Source: Lama guanicoe
Lineage: Eukaryota
NCBI GenBank assembly: GCA_013239625.1
Contig: MU053934.1
Coordinates: forward strand, 8,081,352-8,145,351
DNA length: 64,000 nt
Direction of reading: 5' to 3'
Position 1 is the stretch's first letter; every line of letters begins with the position of its first letter. Positions 37,983 through 50,900 of this stretch are shown here, piece by piece. The notes beneath the pieces were generated by a model. It was not told where the DNA came from. It was given only the letters and a program-made list of their open reading frames with translations, and did no database searches. A program made the translations under genes and the position numbers.

Positions 37983-38566
37983 AATCCAGTGCTCAGTAAA
38001 CAGTAAAGCCCCGCACAGGATGAGAGTGACCGCACCTTGGTCCACATCCTAGAGAAGAGCTGGTGGAGTTGGGGGTGGCAGCCAGGGCCCCAGGCAGGGC
38101 AGGAGTCACTTCTGACATCCCCAAACATCTTTTGCCCATATAGCCTGCCCTGTGGAGATGGCTGAGAATTTTAAGCACCCGAGATGCTTAATAATGCATT
38201 GTTGCTTATTGCAATAATGCTTAATAATAATATATTATTACGCTGGGTAAGTGGCCAGGCGACCTCTTTTTCCTGCTCATTCTGTCTCCTTACCACCCAG
38301 TTCACTTTTTTTTTTTTTTAACAAACAGCCTGCTTTTGAAAGTGATTGCACAAGTCACTGGAGGCCAACAGGAAAGCAAATAAATCAGAAGCTAGAACTA
38401 AATTCACACAGGCTGCCCGTCAGTCCAGCTTTCCATGGCCTGTGGCTTTTCCCGTGGTTTTCCTCTGAGGTCTCATTTGCACTCAGCATCTTCCTTGCCT
38501 TTTGGACGTGGGCTCCAGGTTCCCGTCTAATGATCTAAACCAGTCCCTTCTTCCCTCCCCGACCAG

Positions 38567-38682
38567 CAATTCACGGGAAGAACCTGGTGGCCATCCTCCA
38601 CCTCCTCGTGGCCCTGGCCATGCATTTCCGGGCCCCGATCCGCCTTCCTGAACACGTCTCCGTGCAAGTGGTGGTCGTGCGG
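38567..38682 (+). CDS. PARVB: PARVB coding exon 6 (116 nt): (S)IHGKNLVAILHLLVALAMHFRAPIRLPEHVSVQVVVVR
   Basis: cttccctccccgaccag acceptor; CGG|gtgagt donor. Confidence 0.97.
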
Positions 38683-40652
38683 GTGAGTATCGCCAGCCTG
38701 GTGGTCAGCTTGCCCGCAGCTCTGCCCGCGAGGCACCGGGACTTGTTCCTCCTCTAGTTTGCCTGCTTTTTCCTTTGTTCCCTAAGAGGCTACCTTCTAT
38801 TTTTTCCCTCTTGACAAAATGTACACCTTGCCCTGGCTTCAAGGTAAATGATGGAACAGGAACAATGGCACTGATTTGAAGAGAGGCAGATTCAAAGGCA
38901 TGAGTGCGTTCAGGTTTAATTTGCCACATTTTTGAAAAGAGCATTCATTTCTTTCCAAAGCCAAGTAGCTGGAAATCAGTCCTCTTGAATAAGCTTATTA
39001 CTCACTGGAGAGGGTTGAGAGCAGTGGTATGAAGTAGTTACCCTGATGCCCCAATCAAAGGCGGCTGCTGCGTTTGCGCCCAGTTACATCCATCATCTCC
39101 CAGTGTCTCCTTTTTAGGATCGTTTCTCTTGTTTCACTTGGGAAAATGTAACTGGGAGCCAGGGTCCTCCTGACGGAGGTGGCGTCACCTTTGCTATCTG
39201 CATTTAAGGGGACAAGCCCGGCCTTGACTTTGTGTGTGCGGTCTCACCCAGTAAACGGGTATTAAGTGCCTACTGTGTCCCTGGCCCCCCGCCCTGGCTG
39301 TCGGTGGGCACTGATGAGGAAAGCATGCTTAGGTCCTGGAGGAACAGCTGCTTCTGCCAGAGCCTTGAGGTTACATTTGGAACCTGGATGTCTCCTGTGT
39401 TTATGTTACTGGAGATGTCCAGCTCCACACTCTCCTCTGGTTTTTAAACTTATCACTCCCGTGGTCTCTGCGGTCTGTGAGGCTCTGGCTGATCCTGTGT
39501 TTTCCAAAGCCGCCTGACCCTCCCTTACCCTGGGAGCTCGGCCCCGACCCGATAGCTGGGAGTGCCCCTTTCTGGCATCAAGCGAGGGTTCCCTGCCTTT
39601 TGACCCCGTTTGCTTCCTAAGGGGGAATGTTTGGGGTCAGAGGTGGTGATGGGGACACGGGGCCATCCCTGCCGCCTTTGTCTTGGATGCTCCCTTGGGG
39701 CAACTGGCTGGGAAGGCCTTCCCAAAGACACATGAGAACATGGTTCCCAGACCCATGTACGTCAGACTCGGGCCTCCGCAAATGCTGTGCAGCTCAGTAA
39801 TCAGGATGTTTCCTTTCAGGCCTGCACTTTGGTCCAAGAAAATCTTTTGGGTTTGCAGGACGCTTTTCTGGCCCGGGCAAGCTCTCGCTGGGGCTGCCTT
39901 CTGTGACCGGGGTTACGGAAGGATTCTTTGGGCCACGTCCAGAGTGGAATGAAGAGGGGAGGAGAGGGCCCGGGAACTGGCCAGACTCAGGCCTTCGACG
40001 TCGGGTTATCCAGTCTGAGACGGAGAGGTGTGAGGAGGGTGGCAGTTTGTGGAGAGAAGGGATGAAAAAGGGACCATTTGCTCCCTGGCAGCGTGGCCTT
40101 GAGAGATCACTTGGTTTCTCTCTGAGCTGCAATGCTTTGCCCGTAAAATTGAGATACTACTGTAGACTTAAAGTATTCAGCCCCGTCTGTCCCGTAGCCA
40201 GGCCTGGGCCCGGCATCCAGTCGGTGCCTAGCGCACCTTTGACGTGTGCGTAAGTGAACACAGTGTCTCTGGGCCTCCCTCACGGAACCCCTGAGAGTCA
40301 GCCATGGCGAGGCCCTGGGGAAGCTGACAGCTGCCCTGTGGTGGTTACTCTCCATCACGAGAACCAGCGGTGAGAGTTCCCTGGCGGCCGAGCTCAGGAG
40401 AGGCCGGGGAGCTTGGATCTTGAGAGGGGTCCGTGGTGGGCTGCCCCACAGGAAGTGAGCTGAGCTCCCTGTGCCTCGAAGGGTTCTGGTGGGGGCTCGT
40501 GGTGGTGCTTGGGTGAGCTGGCCGCCCCGCTCCGTCCGGAGGTCGGGGCCATATGGGCTTTCTCTGCCCTGCCACCACCCCGCCCTCTCCCCCTCCCCCA
40601 CCATCCCTTCCTCTCTGCTCCTGCCGGCCCCGGGAGAGGTGTGTCCCGCACC

Positions 40653-41060
40653 GTGTTAGGGTCCCAGGGCTGTTGTAACAAAGTCCCACCGACTGGGTGG
40701 CTTTAAACAGCAGACTTTGCTTCCTCATGTTGCAGAAGCCTGGCATCGACGGGGTCCCTCCGACGGCTCCAGGGAGGACCTTCCTTCCCTGTTCCGGCTG
40801 CTGCGGTGCCGGCCTCCTCCCCGTCCCAGCCCTCCAGCCTCTGCCTCCGTCCTTGCACGGCCTCTTCTCTCGGGGTCTGTGTTCCTGTGTCTCTGTTTTC
40901 TCTCTTATAAGGACACCAGTCCTGGATTTAGGACCCACCCTCATCCAGTATGGCCTCATCATAACTAATCACATCTGCAAAGACCCCATTTCCAAACGGG
41001 CCCATTCTGAGGTTCTGAGTGGACCTGGCTTCTGGGGGGACCCTGCGTGTTTCATCCAGT
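40653..41060 (-). mobile_element. MLT1 (B/C-like) solo LTR
   Basis: gggctgttgtaacaaagtcccaccgactgggtggctttaaacagcaga...cttataaggacaccagtc...catctgcaaagaccccatttccaaa. Confidence 0.8.
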
Positions 41061-41333
41061 GCTTCCTTCAGGCTCCTCGCCTCTCCCGGCTGCAGGACGT
41101 CCGGGATTCCTTTGGGAGCTGGGGTGACCAGAGACACTCCCCCCAGCTGCCAGCTTTCAGGGCAGCTTGGTGTACAGGGTCGGGGGGGAGGTTGGAGCAG
41201 GTTCTGGCCAACGAAGGGTCACCCTGTAGTCACCTGCCGTCCGTCGGCACCCGGCTTCAGCTGCCCTGCCTGTGATGCGCCGCCCTCTCCGCCTGCCCAG
41301 GTGTTCATTTATTGTTCGTTCTGGGATTTGCAG

Positions 41334-41392
41334 AAGCGGGAAGGCCTGCTGCACTCCAGCCACATCACGGAGGAGCTGACCACGACCACGGA
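41334..41392 (+). CDS. PARVB: PARVB coding exon 7 (59 nt): KREGLLHSSHITEELTTTT(E)
   Basis: gatttgcag acceptor; GA|gtaagt donor. Confidence 0.96.
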
Positions 41393-42121
41393 GTAAGTGG
41401 GCCGGCTGCGCTGCTCCGGCCGGGGACCTGCACACCCTGGGGTCGACTTCCACTCTGGGTCCCTTGACCTCGGGATGGGGTTTTCTCACAAGCGTCCGCC
41501 CTGGCTTCCCATCCTCCACGCACTCTCTTCACAGTTTGCTTTCGTTAATTTTAGTGTAGTTCTGTTTTTATTTTTGGTAACAAAGGGCAAGATAGCAGTT
41601 TGGTTTGGTGTTTAAAAGCAAAATGAACAGATCTTTTATTTCTCCCCCAATAGAAAAATTAACAAGTGTGTGTGGCATAGGAATTAGAAGTTATTTAGGA
41701 CACCCGCAGTCTTTTCTGGAATGAGACGGGGTATGATAAACAAGTAAAAATATAGTTGATCCCATTCAAAACCTCTTTATAAAGAGGAAAAGGGTGAGTG
41801 GAAACCTAAAGCAGTGAACTTCCATAGAGTAGGTTTGCTAAAGACGTCAAAGTTTTTCGTGTTAGCACTAAGTTATCCTCCAAAGACTTTGAACTTGTCA
41901 TTCCTTATTTTAGGAGGTGAACTGCAAGCATGTAGAGAGGGGAGGCGGTGTTTGGAATGGTCAGAGGGGCCCGTGCCCTGACTCACTGACCTGTCTCCCT
42001 TTTAGCTGCGTCAGGAGGAGGGAGCCACACGTCCAAGCTAGAACCTGCCTTTGAGATAGTGCCGGGCCGTCCCTTGTGTCTCAGAGAAGGCCAAGCGACT
42101 GTTGTTTCTAATTAAAAACAC

Positions 42122-42233
42122 TTTTAATTCGTTTTTATTTATATTTATTATTATTTTAAACGGAGATACTGGGGATTGAACCTAGGACCTTGTGTATGCT
42201 AAGCACACACTCTACCACTGAGCTACACCCCCC
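42122..42233 (-). mobile_element. tRNA-Ala-derived SINE (Vic-1-like)
   Basis: ggggattgaacctaggacc...ctctaccactgagctacaccc preceded by a T-rich tail. Confidence 0.82.
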
Positions 42234-42739
42234 ACCCCAGATGGTAGTTTTCAAGAAGTCTAAAAGGCTTCACACCTATTGAAAACAGTAAATCAAATGG
42301 TATGTTTTGCACGTGGCTTTTAGGAGGCCTTAGGACACCCTGTTAGGGATCTCTAAAATTCCCTGCATTTGTGCCTCTTGACTAAATCTGTTTCACATGA
42401 AACAGAACATTAAAAATTGATTGTCTGGGCTAACCCACCCACTCAGTTCACGGAGTGATTAATTACTGTGTCATGAATTCATGTATGGTCTTTCCAAAAT
42501 CGAGCTGACACAGGAAACCGCTCCTGGCATGGGAGCTGTCAGGTGAATTGGAGAGACGCTGGCCTGTGGCCTGACGTGTGTGCACACCTGTTCCAAGCCC
42601 CTGGGAGGGAGTTGGGGGTGGGGGGTGTGGGGGAAAACAGGGACGGGGTGCTGAGCCTGGGATGGTGGCCCTGGGGCAGCCAGCTCGGCCTGCTCAGGAG
42701 CAGGAGGAGGGCAGCTTGAGGGGCCCTAGGAGTGGGGTG

Positions 42740-43100
42740 GTGTCTAGTTACCCATCATGGTGTAACAGACCACCCCAAGGCAAGGGGCTTAAAATAACAG
42801 TCAGTTTATTTGCCTACAGTTCTGTGGGTCAGCAGTCTGGGTGGGTCTCAGCCAGTCTGGTGGTCGGTGCTGGCCGGTGGGGGCCCCTGTCCCTCCCCGT
42901 GTCTCTTGTCCTTGCAGAGCCAGGCTTCCTCCGGCTGCCCTCAGGGTCTCCAGAGAGTGATAGGGCAGCTGCAGTCCCCCAGACTCCCTGGACCCCCACA
43001 CACTGTGTGTCCTTACATTCTGTGGGTCAGAGCAAGTCCCAGGTCACCCTGGATGGGGGAGGGGGAGGGAGACCACACCTGCTGAAGGCAGGAGCAGCCA
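42740..43100 (-). mobile_element. Old MLT1 LTR fragment
   Basis: gtgtaacagaccacccca..ggcttaaaataacag..tttatttgc..cagttctgtgggtcag. Confidence 0.55.
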
Positions 43101-44594
43101 GGCCCGTTGAGGGGGTCGAGCAATGATGGGGAGAGGCTGTGCCCGTCTTCCCCAGTCTGGCAGGGGGTGGGGGAGCCCCGAGAGGGCAGCAGAGGGCAGT
43201 GGGGGCTCTGTCACCAGGGCTGGCTGGTGGGAGATTGGTTTCAATGATTCACCCAGAGAGCCTGCTATGTGCCAGGCACCAGTACTTGGAGGCTGAGAGG
43301 ATGGGTTCCTCTCCTCGAGGGTTAGTAGTCTAGCTGACGAGAAAGGACGTGTCTGAAGTGTGATATCCAGCCCAGGGACCTTGTGAGAAGTGCTGTGCGG
43401 CCCTAAAGGAATTTCAGGAGGAGGGGGAGTGCCCCAAAGTCAGGGTGCAGAGAGGTTTCCAGCAGAGGCCACCCAGCTTCCTGCCTGGTCTCTCAGACTC
43501 CAGGTTTGCTCTCTCCTGTCCTTTCCCCTCCACATGGCCCCAGCCGATCTGATGGAGCATCTAAATTATCAGATGCCTTAGCGCCAGCCCACTGTCTGCC
43601 TGCATCTGGCTTTATTCCCCTCAAAACGCACCCTCCCTGCAGCTCCAAAGATCTACCTTCGGTTTTTCAAGGCTTTCTCCCCACCTCCCATCTAACCTCA
43701 ACATTCTTCCCATTCCTTTCTTTCTAGAGGCAGCGCTGAGGTCACCTCCTCCAGGAAGCCCTCCCTGTTTGCTAAGCAGGCATGGCCGGCTTCCTTTTAG
43801 TTCCCGTTGCATCTCCTGTGGGTCACATTTCTGGTGCACATGGGCTGTGTTGAATTGTGGGCTGAGGAGTCTCTCTCACCATCAGGCATCACGTGGGCAG
43901 GGCCGGGGGGGTGTTTATTTCTGTAGCTCCATGGCCTGCACGTAGTAGGTGCTAAGGAGACTATGTGTTAAATAAGATGGAACCAAAGGGGTTGCTTGAG
44001 TCTAGAGGGATTTGGGGGACGAAGCAAAGGTCCCTGGCTCTCAGAAAGGGAGTGCACAGGAAGGACCTGTGCATTCGTGCTTTCAGATCCCCAGGGAGGA
44101 ACTAGCTACCCGTCTTTCGCGGTTTCAGCTCTTACCTTGAAATCAGGGCTGAGCCTGTGGTTTTCCAGGATCCTTTAGTTTCATGATTCTCCAGAAGTGC
44201 ATCACAGAATGTGACCTCTGGATAATCCGCACCCTGGTATTTTAAAGTTTAAACTCAACAGCTTCTAGAAGACCCGTTTTCTGCTGAAATGGTCTCCATG
44301 TTAACCCCTCCCATGACTTAAGTGTCCCCCAAATGGCATTAAAGGGGTGGTTTAAATAACACTAGCGATTTGCTGTGGTCTTGTGCAAACATTTAGAGTC
44401 CACATAGGCACCTCTCGTTGGTAATTAGAGCAGAGAGAGTCTATCACAGTGTGACTCACATTTTTGTAAATAGCCCTTCGCCTGGGCAGTTCAGGGCCCC
44501 CACTTAGGCGGCGCCTCCCCTCCTCCAGTGCTGCTTGCTAAACTGGGTTCTGAGCGGCCCGTCTGATGACGGTTCTCTCTGTTCTTGTTTGCAG

Positions 44595-44614
44595 GATGAT
44601 GATGGGTCGGTTTG
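44595..44614 (+). CDS. PARVB: PARVB coding exon 8, 20-nt microexon: (E)MMMGRF(E)
   Basis: ttctctctgttcttgtttgcag acceptor; G|gtaagt donor; phases 2-1 bridge exons 7 and 9 exactly. Confidence 0.94.
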
Positions 44615-47600
44615 GTAAGTCACCTGGGGGTGGGGTGGGATGGGGAGCCTGAGGTCGCCGGGCACTGTGGGGCTGTCTCAGGAAGCCCCCGGGGTTCGTG
44701 CAGTCACACGGGGCAGCAGGGCCCTGGGTGGGTTTTGCTGCTCCCAGCAGTCCTGGAATCGTAGAGAAAGAGTGTGGTTCCTCCGGGGGCCCTGCATGAT
44801 GGGCGCGTGGTTTGCTTCTCAGAGCTGTGGGAGGCCGGGCGGGGATCAGATGAGTGCGGTGGGTAGTTGGGACCAAGGACAGGGGAGTGTCTGGGACGTG
44901 GCACGTGGTCTCACTGGCGGCGCTGGAGCAGGGAATGGACCAGGAGGAAAGGGAGGGCAGGGATGACCCAGGACTACAGAGCAGGATTAGCTGGATTCCT
45001 TACGGGGTGGACTTTTACATGTAGTTGTCCACCTTAAAATCTCCAGCTTAACAAACCTCTTTAGAGCCAGGCAGCCTTGGCTCTGGTCCCAGCTGGGCGG
45101 CTTCTGGCCAGCTCGGTTACCTCTATGTTCCCCAGCTGTGAGATGGGACCATGGGGTCGTTGAGGGGATTTCTAGGGATAAGTGTTCGCTCTACTTGGCC
45201 CAGGATCCAACACTCGTTCTCTGTTGCTATTAGTTTTCAGTGGCTGTTCCCCAAGTGCTGGTCCCTGCCCTGTTAAGGCCCCATCTTCATCTCAGCGAGG
45301 ATGGCAGATAAAGGGACAGCTTGTGGCAGCGTTTAAACCCTCAGGGATCGAAAGTCCCCAGCTCTCAGCCACAGCCAGAGGCAGCCTGAGTCAGACTCAC
45401 TGCTTTGGGGACTATTTCAAAACAAAAAGCCGTCACCCACCCCAAATGCCACGCTCACCAGGGAGCAGAGCGGGCAATGCAGCTGCTCGAAGGAAGAGTG
45501 GAGACCAGGTGGAAGTTTCCCCTCATGCCATGTGAGCTGCCCCCAGAGCTGATGCCTGGCTGTGGGGACCTCTGGGTGAGGGGTGCCACCCCAGAGGCAC
45601 ACCTGGGCTTGGCTATCGGGCTCTGTCCCTCATGGGTATCACGGGGACCGATGGCTCACACAGTCTCTTGCGTATGAAGAGGGACGGTGTCCTTCGGTTC
45701 TCAAAGGTCTTGAACGAGTGAAATTGCAGCAATTGTATGCCCTTAACTTCCTTAAGCAGGCCTTGAGCGGCGCTGGGGAAATTCAGTCTTCACTGTTCTT
45801 TCTAAGTAGCAATTCAGTTCTCTTGAATGTCTTCATTATTTAAAAAAAAACATTAAAAAGGAGGAGAGGAGAGGAAGCCCTCCTGTGTCCAGTTGCTGAG
45901 GGCTCAGAACAGCGCAGGGGTGCAGCTCACAGGGCCGGCGTGGGGGGCGGCGTGGGCCTCCCGGCCCTGCCCTGTGTCTGGGGGGGGCCCATTTGGGGGC
46001 GCTGTGCACCCTTCTGTTACCTCCCTGTCCTTCTGCCTGGAGGGGCCCAGACGCCGTGGGGTTGTAGAGGCCTAGAGGTGACCCAGTGGGGCCTTGGAGC
46101 GTCTTTAAGTGTGCCTTTGGTTTCCTGAAAGTTGTCACTTCTGTGGGGGATGGGCCTGGTTCGAGGTTTGGGGGACTTGAGGAGAATCAGTTCGGCGGGG
46201 GGCTGTGTGTGGCAGCCCAGGCAGAGGGGGTGAAGCCCGGCAGCCCTGGGAAGGGGTGCGTGAGGTCTGGTGGACCACATGGTGACTCCCTGCGGAGAGC
46301 CAGGGGTTGTGGTGTGACACCGGGGATGGACGCCTCTGCCCTGCCGCTGAGCCCAGGAGGGGCCGCGGCACCCCGAGAACAGTGTGGAGTCGTTCTCAGT
46401 GCCTGATAGGCCCGTCCGTGCTTGTGAAATGCAAACAGGCTATTAGTGGGTGACAGGTGCTCAGCTCCACCCTGGCTCCTGCTTCTGACGCAGGCCCCCA
46501 GGTCTCCTGGTTACCCAGACGCGCAGTGGCTCCTGCCGGCCCTTTCCCCCGGGGCCTCCTGAGCCCCACAGCCCCACGGCCCCACTGAGGCCGGACCCCA
46601 TCACCTCCCCTGGGTGCTGGTCCCCACTCGCCCCTCAGGTTGGTTCCTCTGCACTGTTTTTTGCTTCCTAAAGCATCCCCCCCACTGCTCCGTTTTCTCA
46701 TCGCCCCCACCTTGCCTTAAGCTGAAGCCACAGTCTTTGTAAGGGCCTCTTGGGCCCCCCCAGCCCACGCCTCCTGACACCCCTCATCTCTCTCTCTCTC
46801 TGGCCTCCTCGCTCTCCCCAGTGTCTGTGCTCCCCCAAGAGCACCCCAGGGGCTCCCCCTTCCGGCTTTTGCACTTGCAGGACCCTCAGCCTGACGTGCT
46901 CTCCCTCTGGACCCGCCCGTGGCTCAGTCCCTCAGGTCCCCTGGCTCTCAGCTCACTTTCCAGGGAGGCCCTCCCTGACCACCTGCCCGAATCACCATCC
47001 ATTCTCCTGTTCGCCCGGCCCCAGCCCTGCCTAATTATTTCTTTGCTTATCTCTGCACACAAGGAGTGCCTTGCTGTGCTCCCGTGCCTAGCAGCCTCGG
47101 GTGCCCAGGCACTTGGGACCTCTCACTCAGCCCTTCCCTCTTCCCATTTGCACATGGCTCCTTGAGCTGGAAGCATCCTGGGCTGGAGTGTGTCTTCCTC
47201 CGCGTGCATCTCCAGCCCTGGGGAGGACACCTTCCAGGAGCTTCTGGAACACCAGGCAGATCTCCCACCGGGCTGCACACAGAACCAAATTCTGGGCCTC
47301 AGTTTCTCACATTAGCGCTTGGGGCAGGGTGGTTCACTCCCCCCCAGAGACCCTCCCCCCTTACCTCCTGAGGACATCACAATCCTGACTGAGGTGGATG
47401 GGAGGCCTGTCTCTCCCCAAGGGAACTGGGATGATGTAGTCTGATCTCCATGGCAACGGGCTTGCTGCCTGCCTCTCCTCCGTGGGCCCCCCTCCCCCTC
47501 TCTGGGCTGCCGGGAGTTGGGGAGAAAGGAGGAGAAGCTTTCTTCCTCTTCCTCCTGGTCTCCTTACAGCCCCTGGTCTCTCCCCCTCACATCTCCCTGT

Positions 47601-48499
47601 TTCTGCTAACACTGCAGCTGGATCACGCCATTCCTGGTCACTGCCCTCCACGACTCCTCACCCTGAGGGACCCAGCCCCTCTTAGCCTCCCCCAGAGGCC
47701 ACACTACCTGGAGCCCACTCTGGATTTCTCATGCCTCCCTTTGTGCTGTCTCTTCCCTCTGCCCGGAGTGCTCTTCCTCCACTTCCTGCCCCAGCAAGCC
47801 CCAGCCCAAACGTCAGGGCTCCTGAGTGAAGCCTTCCTCCGTCCCCGGCCCTGTGACCATGGCCTCAAGCTCAGGTGCTTCCAGGGGCCAGGCTGGGGAC
47901 AGGGAAGAGGGACGTGGCTGGATATGAAATGAGGAAGGGCTGGGTGTGGTGGGGAGTGCTGGGGTCTGGGGCAGACGGGGGCGTCTGCACCCCCACTTCC
48001 ACAGGTAGCCTCTTAATGCTGGGGAGGAGGTGTGTAGGCTCAGTGTTGCCTCAGCTTCCAGGTCTTCAAGAGAAGCCAGAAATTCAGAACTTTTGGACAA
48101 ATCTTCCAACTTAAAAAAATGCTGACTCAGACGGACAAAACCCACCTTATCTGGAGTAAACTTAGCGTCCCTGAAGTTGGACTTGGGTGGACATGGGGGC
48201 CCCTGGCTGGTTTGGCCCCTTTCCGCATCTTTCTGGCCTTTTTGGTGCCCATCCTCTTTGTGCTTCCCAGCCTGGGCCCCTCCCGGGGCCAGGACTGTCC
48301 CTGGAGCCTGCGGGGAGATCACCGAGTGCCAGTGACACCCCTGCCAGGTGGTGGCGGCTTGGCCCTTTGTTCACCATCTTGCTTCATTCTTACCCCGCCA
48401 GTGAGCCAGGGACTGTTTTTGCTTCTGTCTTATGGAGGGAAGAGGGAAGTCATGGGCACCAGGATCTGGACCCGATCTGTTTTCATTCCCAAGGCCAGG

Positions 48500-48790
48500 C
48501 ACACCGCCCGGCCATGACGTCGTCCAGTCTCCCGGGTGCAGGTGAGCGGGGCGCGGGGGCGCCGGCCTCCAGACCCCGAGACGGCTCCCCTGCCGCCCTG
48601 ACTGCGGGCCCAGCGGTGGCCCAGCTAAATATACCCGGCTGACGTCAAGGCTGCTCTGCTCCTGGGGTTTTTCTTAAGCTGCATTTAAAGTTTATGTTTT
48701 GCTTTGTGAAGATTTAGCTTTTTTCCCCCTTATAGCAGGCTGTCTGAGCATAATCTGGCTTAGATGATTATAAAAGTAATATACAGCTGC
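48500..48790. promoter_or_regulatory. CpG-rich intronic element with CRE, MEF2-like, TATA-like and E-box motifs
   Basis: TGACGTCA 48640-48647, TGACGTCG 48515-48522, CTAAATATAC 48625-48634, TATAAAAG 48769-48776, CAGCTG 48784-48789; dense CpG at 48500-48645. Confidence 0.45.
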
Positions 48791-49008
48791 TGCGGTGGGA
48801 GAGCTGGAGGAGGGGATTCTGCGGGGCTGGGCCTTTTGGTTGCTGTTGGCCTTTAGATGAAGGAAGTGGGGGCGCCCTTTCCCCAGCACCCCCCCGGCCA
48901 GGTGCACACGTGTGTGTGCGCACACCACACACAGGCGCACACACACCCTTCCTCTTGCTTCTCACCTTCCTTCCTGCCACCCACCACCAAGGCCAAGGAG
49001 GAGGCTGC

Positions 49009-49034
49009 CTGGGCTGGGCTGGGCTGGGCTGGGG
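49009..49034 (+). repeat. (CTGGG)5 pentamer repeat
   Basis: ctgggctgggctgggctgggctgggg read directly. Confidence 0.9.
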
Positions 49035-49939
49035 TGTGAGCTGCCTCCCGGGGCCCTTGCCCGTGGACGCCGAGCACCCGCCTCTTGGCGCAGGCTCAAA
49101 GGAGTGGCCGGGATGCTCCCTCCAGGTGAGGACCCAGCTCTGGCTCACTTGGTCACGACCCACCTTCTCTTTCTCATTTCTCCCCCATCCCTCTCCCTGG
49201 GTCAGGCAGGGCCGTGCTGAAGCAGGCCCCAGGCCAGCTCTGGTTCTGGGCTCCGGCCCCCTATAGACAGGTGGAGGGGACTGCCTACCCCACCTCCCCC
49301 ATCAAAGTGGGCTCCCCAGCCCCCTGAGCTCCACACTGGGTTTGGGCCCAAGTTTCAGCTCGTAGTATAGGGCCTCTACTGGCCAAGGTCCTCTTAGCAT
49401 GTACCACCCCCAGGCACCTTGAGGGGATGGACAGCTCCTTGAGGACAGAAGTAGGGGCCCCAGGGCCTTCCAAATGCCCTTCCCCCATCTCCCTCTGTCC
49501 TGGCAGTGACACCCCCCAGCCCTGTGTCCACCCTGGAGACTTCAGCCCTCCTGGTGGGGGTCCAGGCTGCAGTGTGCTCTGTCCAGCCTCCATGTGACCT
49601 GCCGTGGCAGTGTGAGGCCAGAACCGGGCCCCTGGCCCTCAGCCAGCCCTGCTCCTGTCTTGTCCACTGAGACCCATGCTGCCGTGGCCTCCAGTGGCCT
49701 CACCATTGAAGAGAAGGGATTGATTCTGTGTTAATTTGGAAGCATGGTTGTGCCCGTGAGTGGCAGTTAGAGTGGGTCGGGGTCCCTGGGAGAAGGGAGG
49801 TGGGTGGGACCCAGTGGAACGGCCCATCCCAGGCCCAGCAGACATTCCCACAGAGGTGGACACCCCGGGCAGCATAGGTCTGGAGGATTCTCAGCAAGAT
49901 TTCCTGGCTCTTTCATTTGCTCTGAGCACTGGCTGTGGG

Positions 49940-50570
49940 CCCTTCATTGATCTGGGAGCCAGTGACAGGGAACAAGTGAGACAGTGGTCCCAGCCTGCAA
50001 GGAGCTGACAGTCCAGCAGATAATACACAACAGACAAATAAAAATAAAAGTTACTCTCAAAGTAGTCATTAAGTGCTATGAAAATTGCCCCAGGGTAAGG
50101 GGACAGGGAGCGGAAGTGGGGTGCTCTTGTAGAAGCAGATGGTTGTGGAAGGCCCCTCAGAGGAGGTGACATCTCAGAGCAACCTGAAGGAAGTGAGGTG
50201 CGTGAACAGCAGGTGCAAAGGCCCTGTGGTGGGCATGTGATGGAGGAACAGCCAGAAAGCTGGTTAGTGGAGAGGGGTAGGGCGGGTGGGTGTGCTGGGG
50301 GCGATGCTGAGCCTGTCAGACCCTGTGGGCCCATGCGGAAGGGGATGAATTTTATTCTAGGAGTGATGAGAAGCTGGTGGAGAGTTTTAGTCAGGGCAGG
50401 GATCAGAGCGGGCAAGAAATGATGCAGTTTACATGTTAAATGGCTCTCTGTGCCTGCGAGGGCAAATGGATTGGGCTGGGAGTGAAGGAGGGAGACCGAT
50501 TAAGCAGGAGGTTGTAGCTGCTCCCAGGTGAGAGGAGATGGAGCTTGTATGGGGATGGTCAGATTTATCA
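49940..50570 (-). mobile_element. L2 LINE fragment
   Basis: gtcccagcctgcaaggagctgacagtc...gaaggcccctcagaggaggtgacat...gtgcaaaggccctgtgg...tttattctagg. Confidence 0.65.
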
Positions 50571-50900
50571 ATAAGATTTACCAACAAGACAAGGAACGTG
50601 GGAACAGAGAGGCAAGGACACCTGGAGTCCTGGGATGTGATGGGGGCATATGTCCAAGTGCCACCCGGTGTATTTCATGTTAAAAGATAGAAACTGAGTT
50701 AGGAGGAACCTTTGAAGCATCTTTTCCTTGATTTTACTCCTTGTCAGCACCGGCCCCTGGGTTCTGACAGGAGTGACAATGATTCTAGACAGGCTGAACA
50801 TCCCATGGGATCAAAAGCTGCTGGGTCCCGGGGTCGGGCGGGGCTGAGAGCAGCACCCGGGTCTCCCTCAGCCCGTCTCTGTGTCTCCGCTTGTCTGCAG

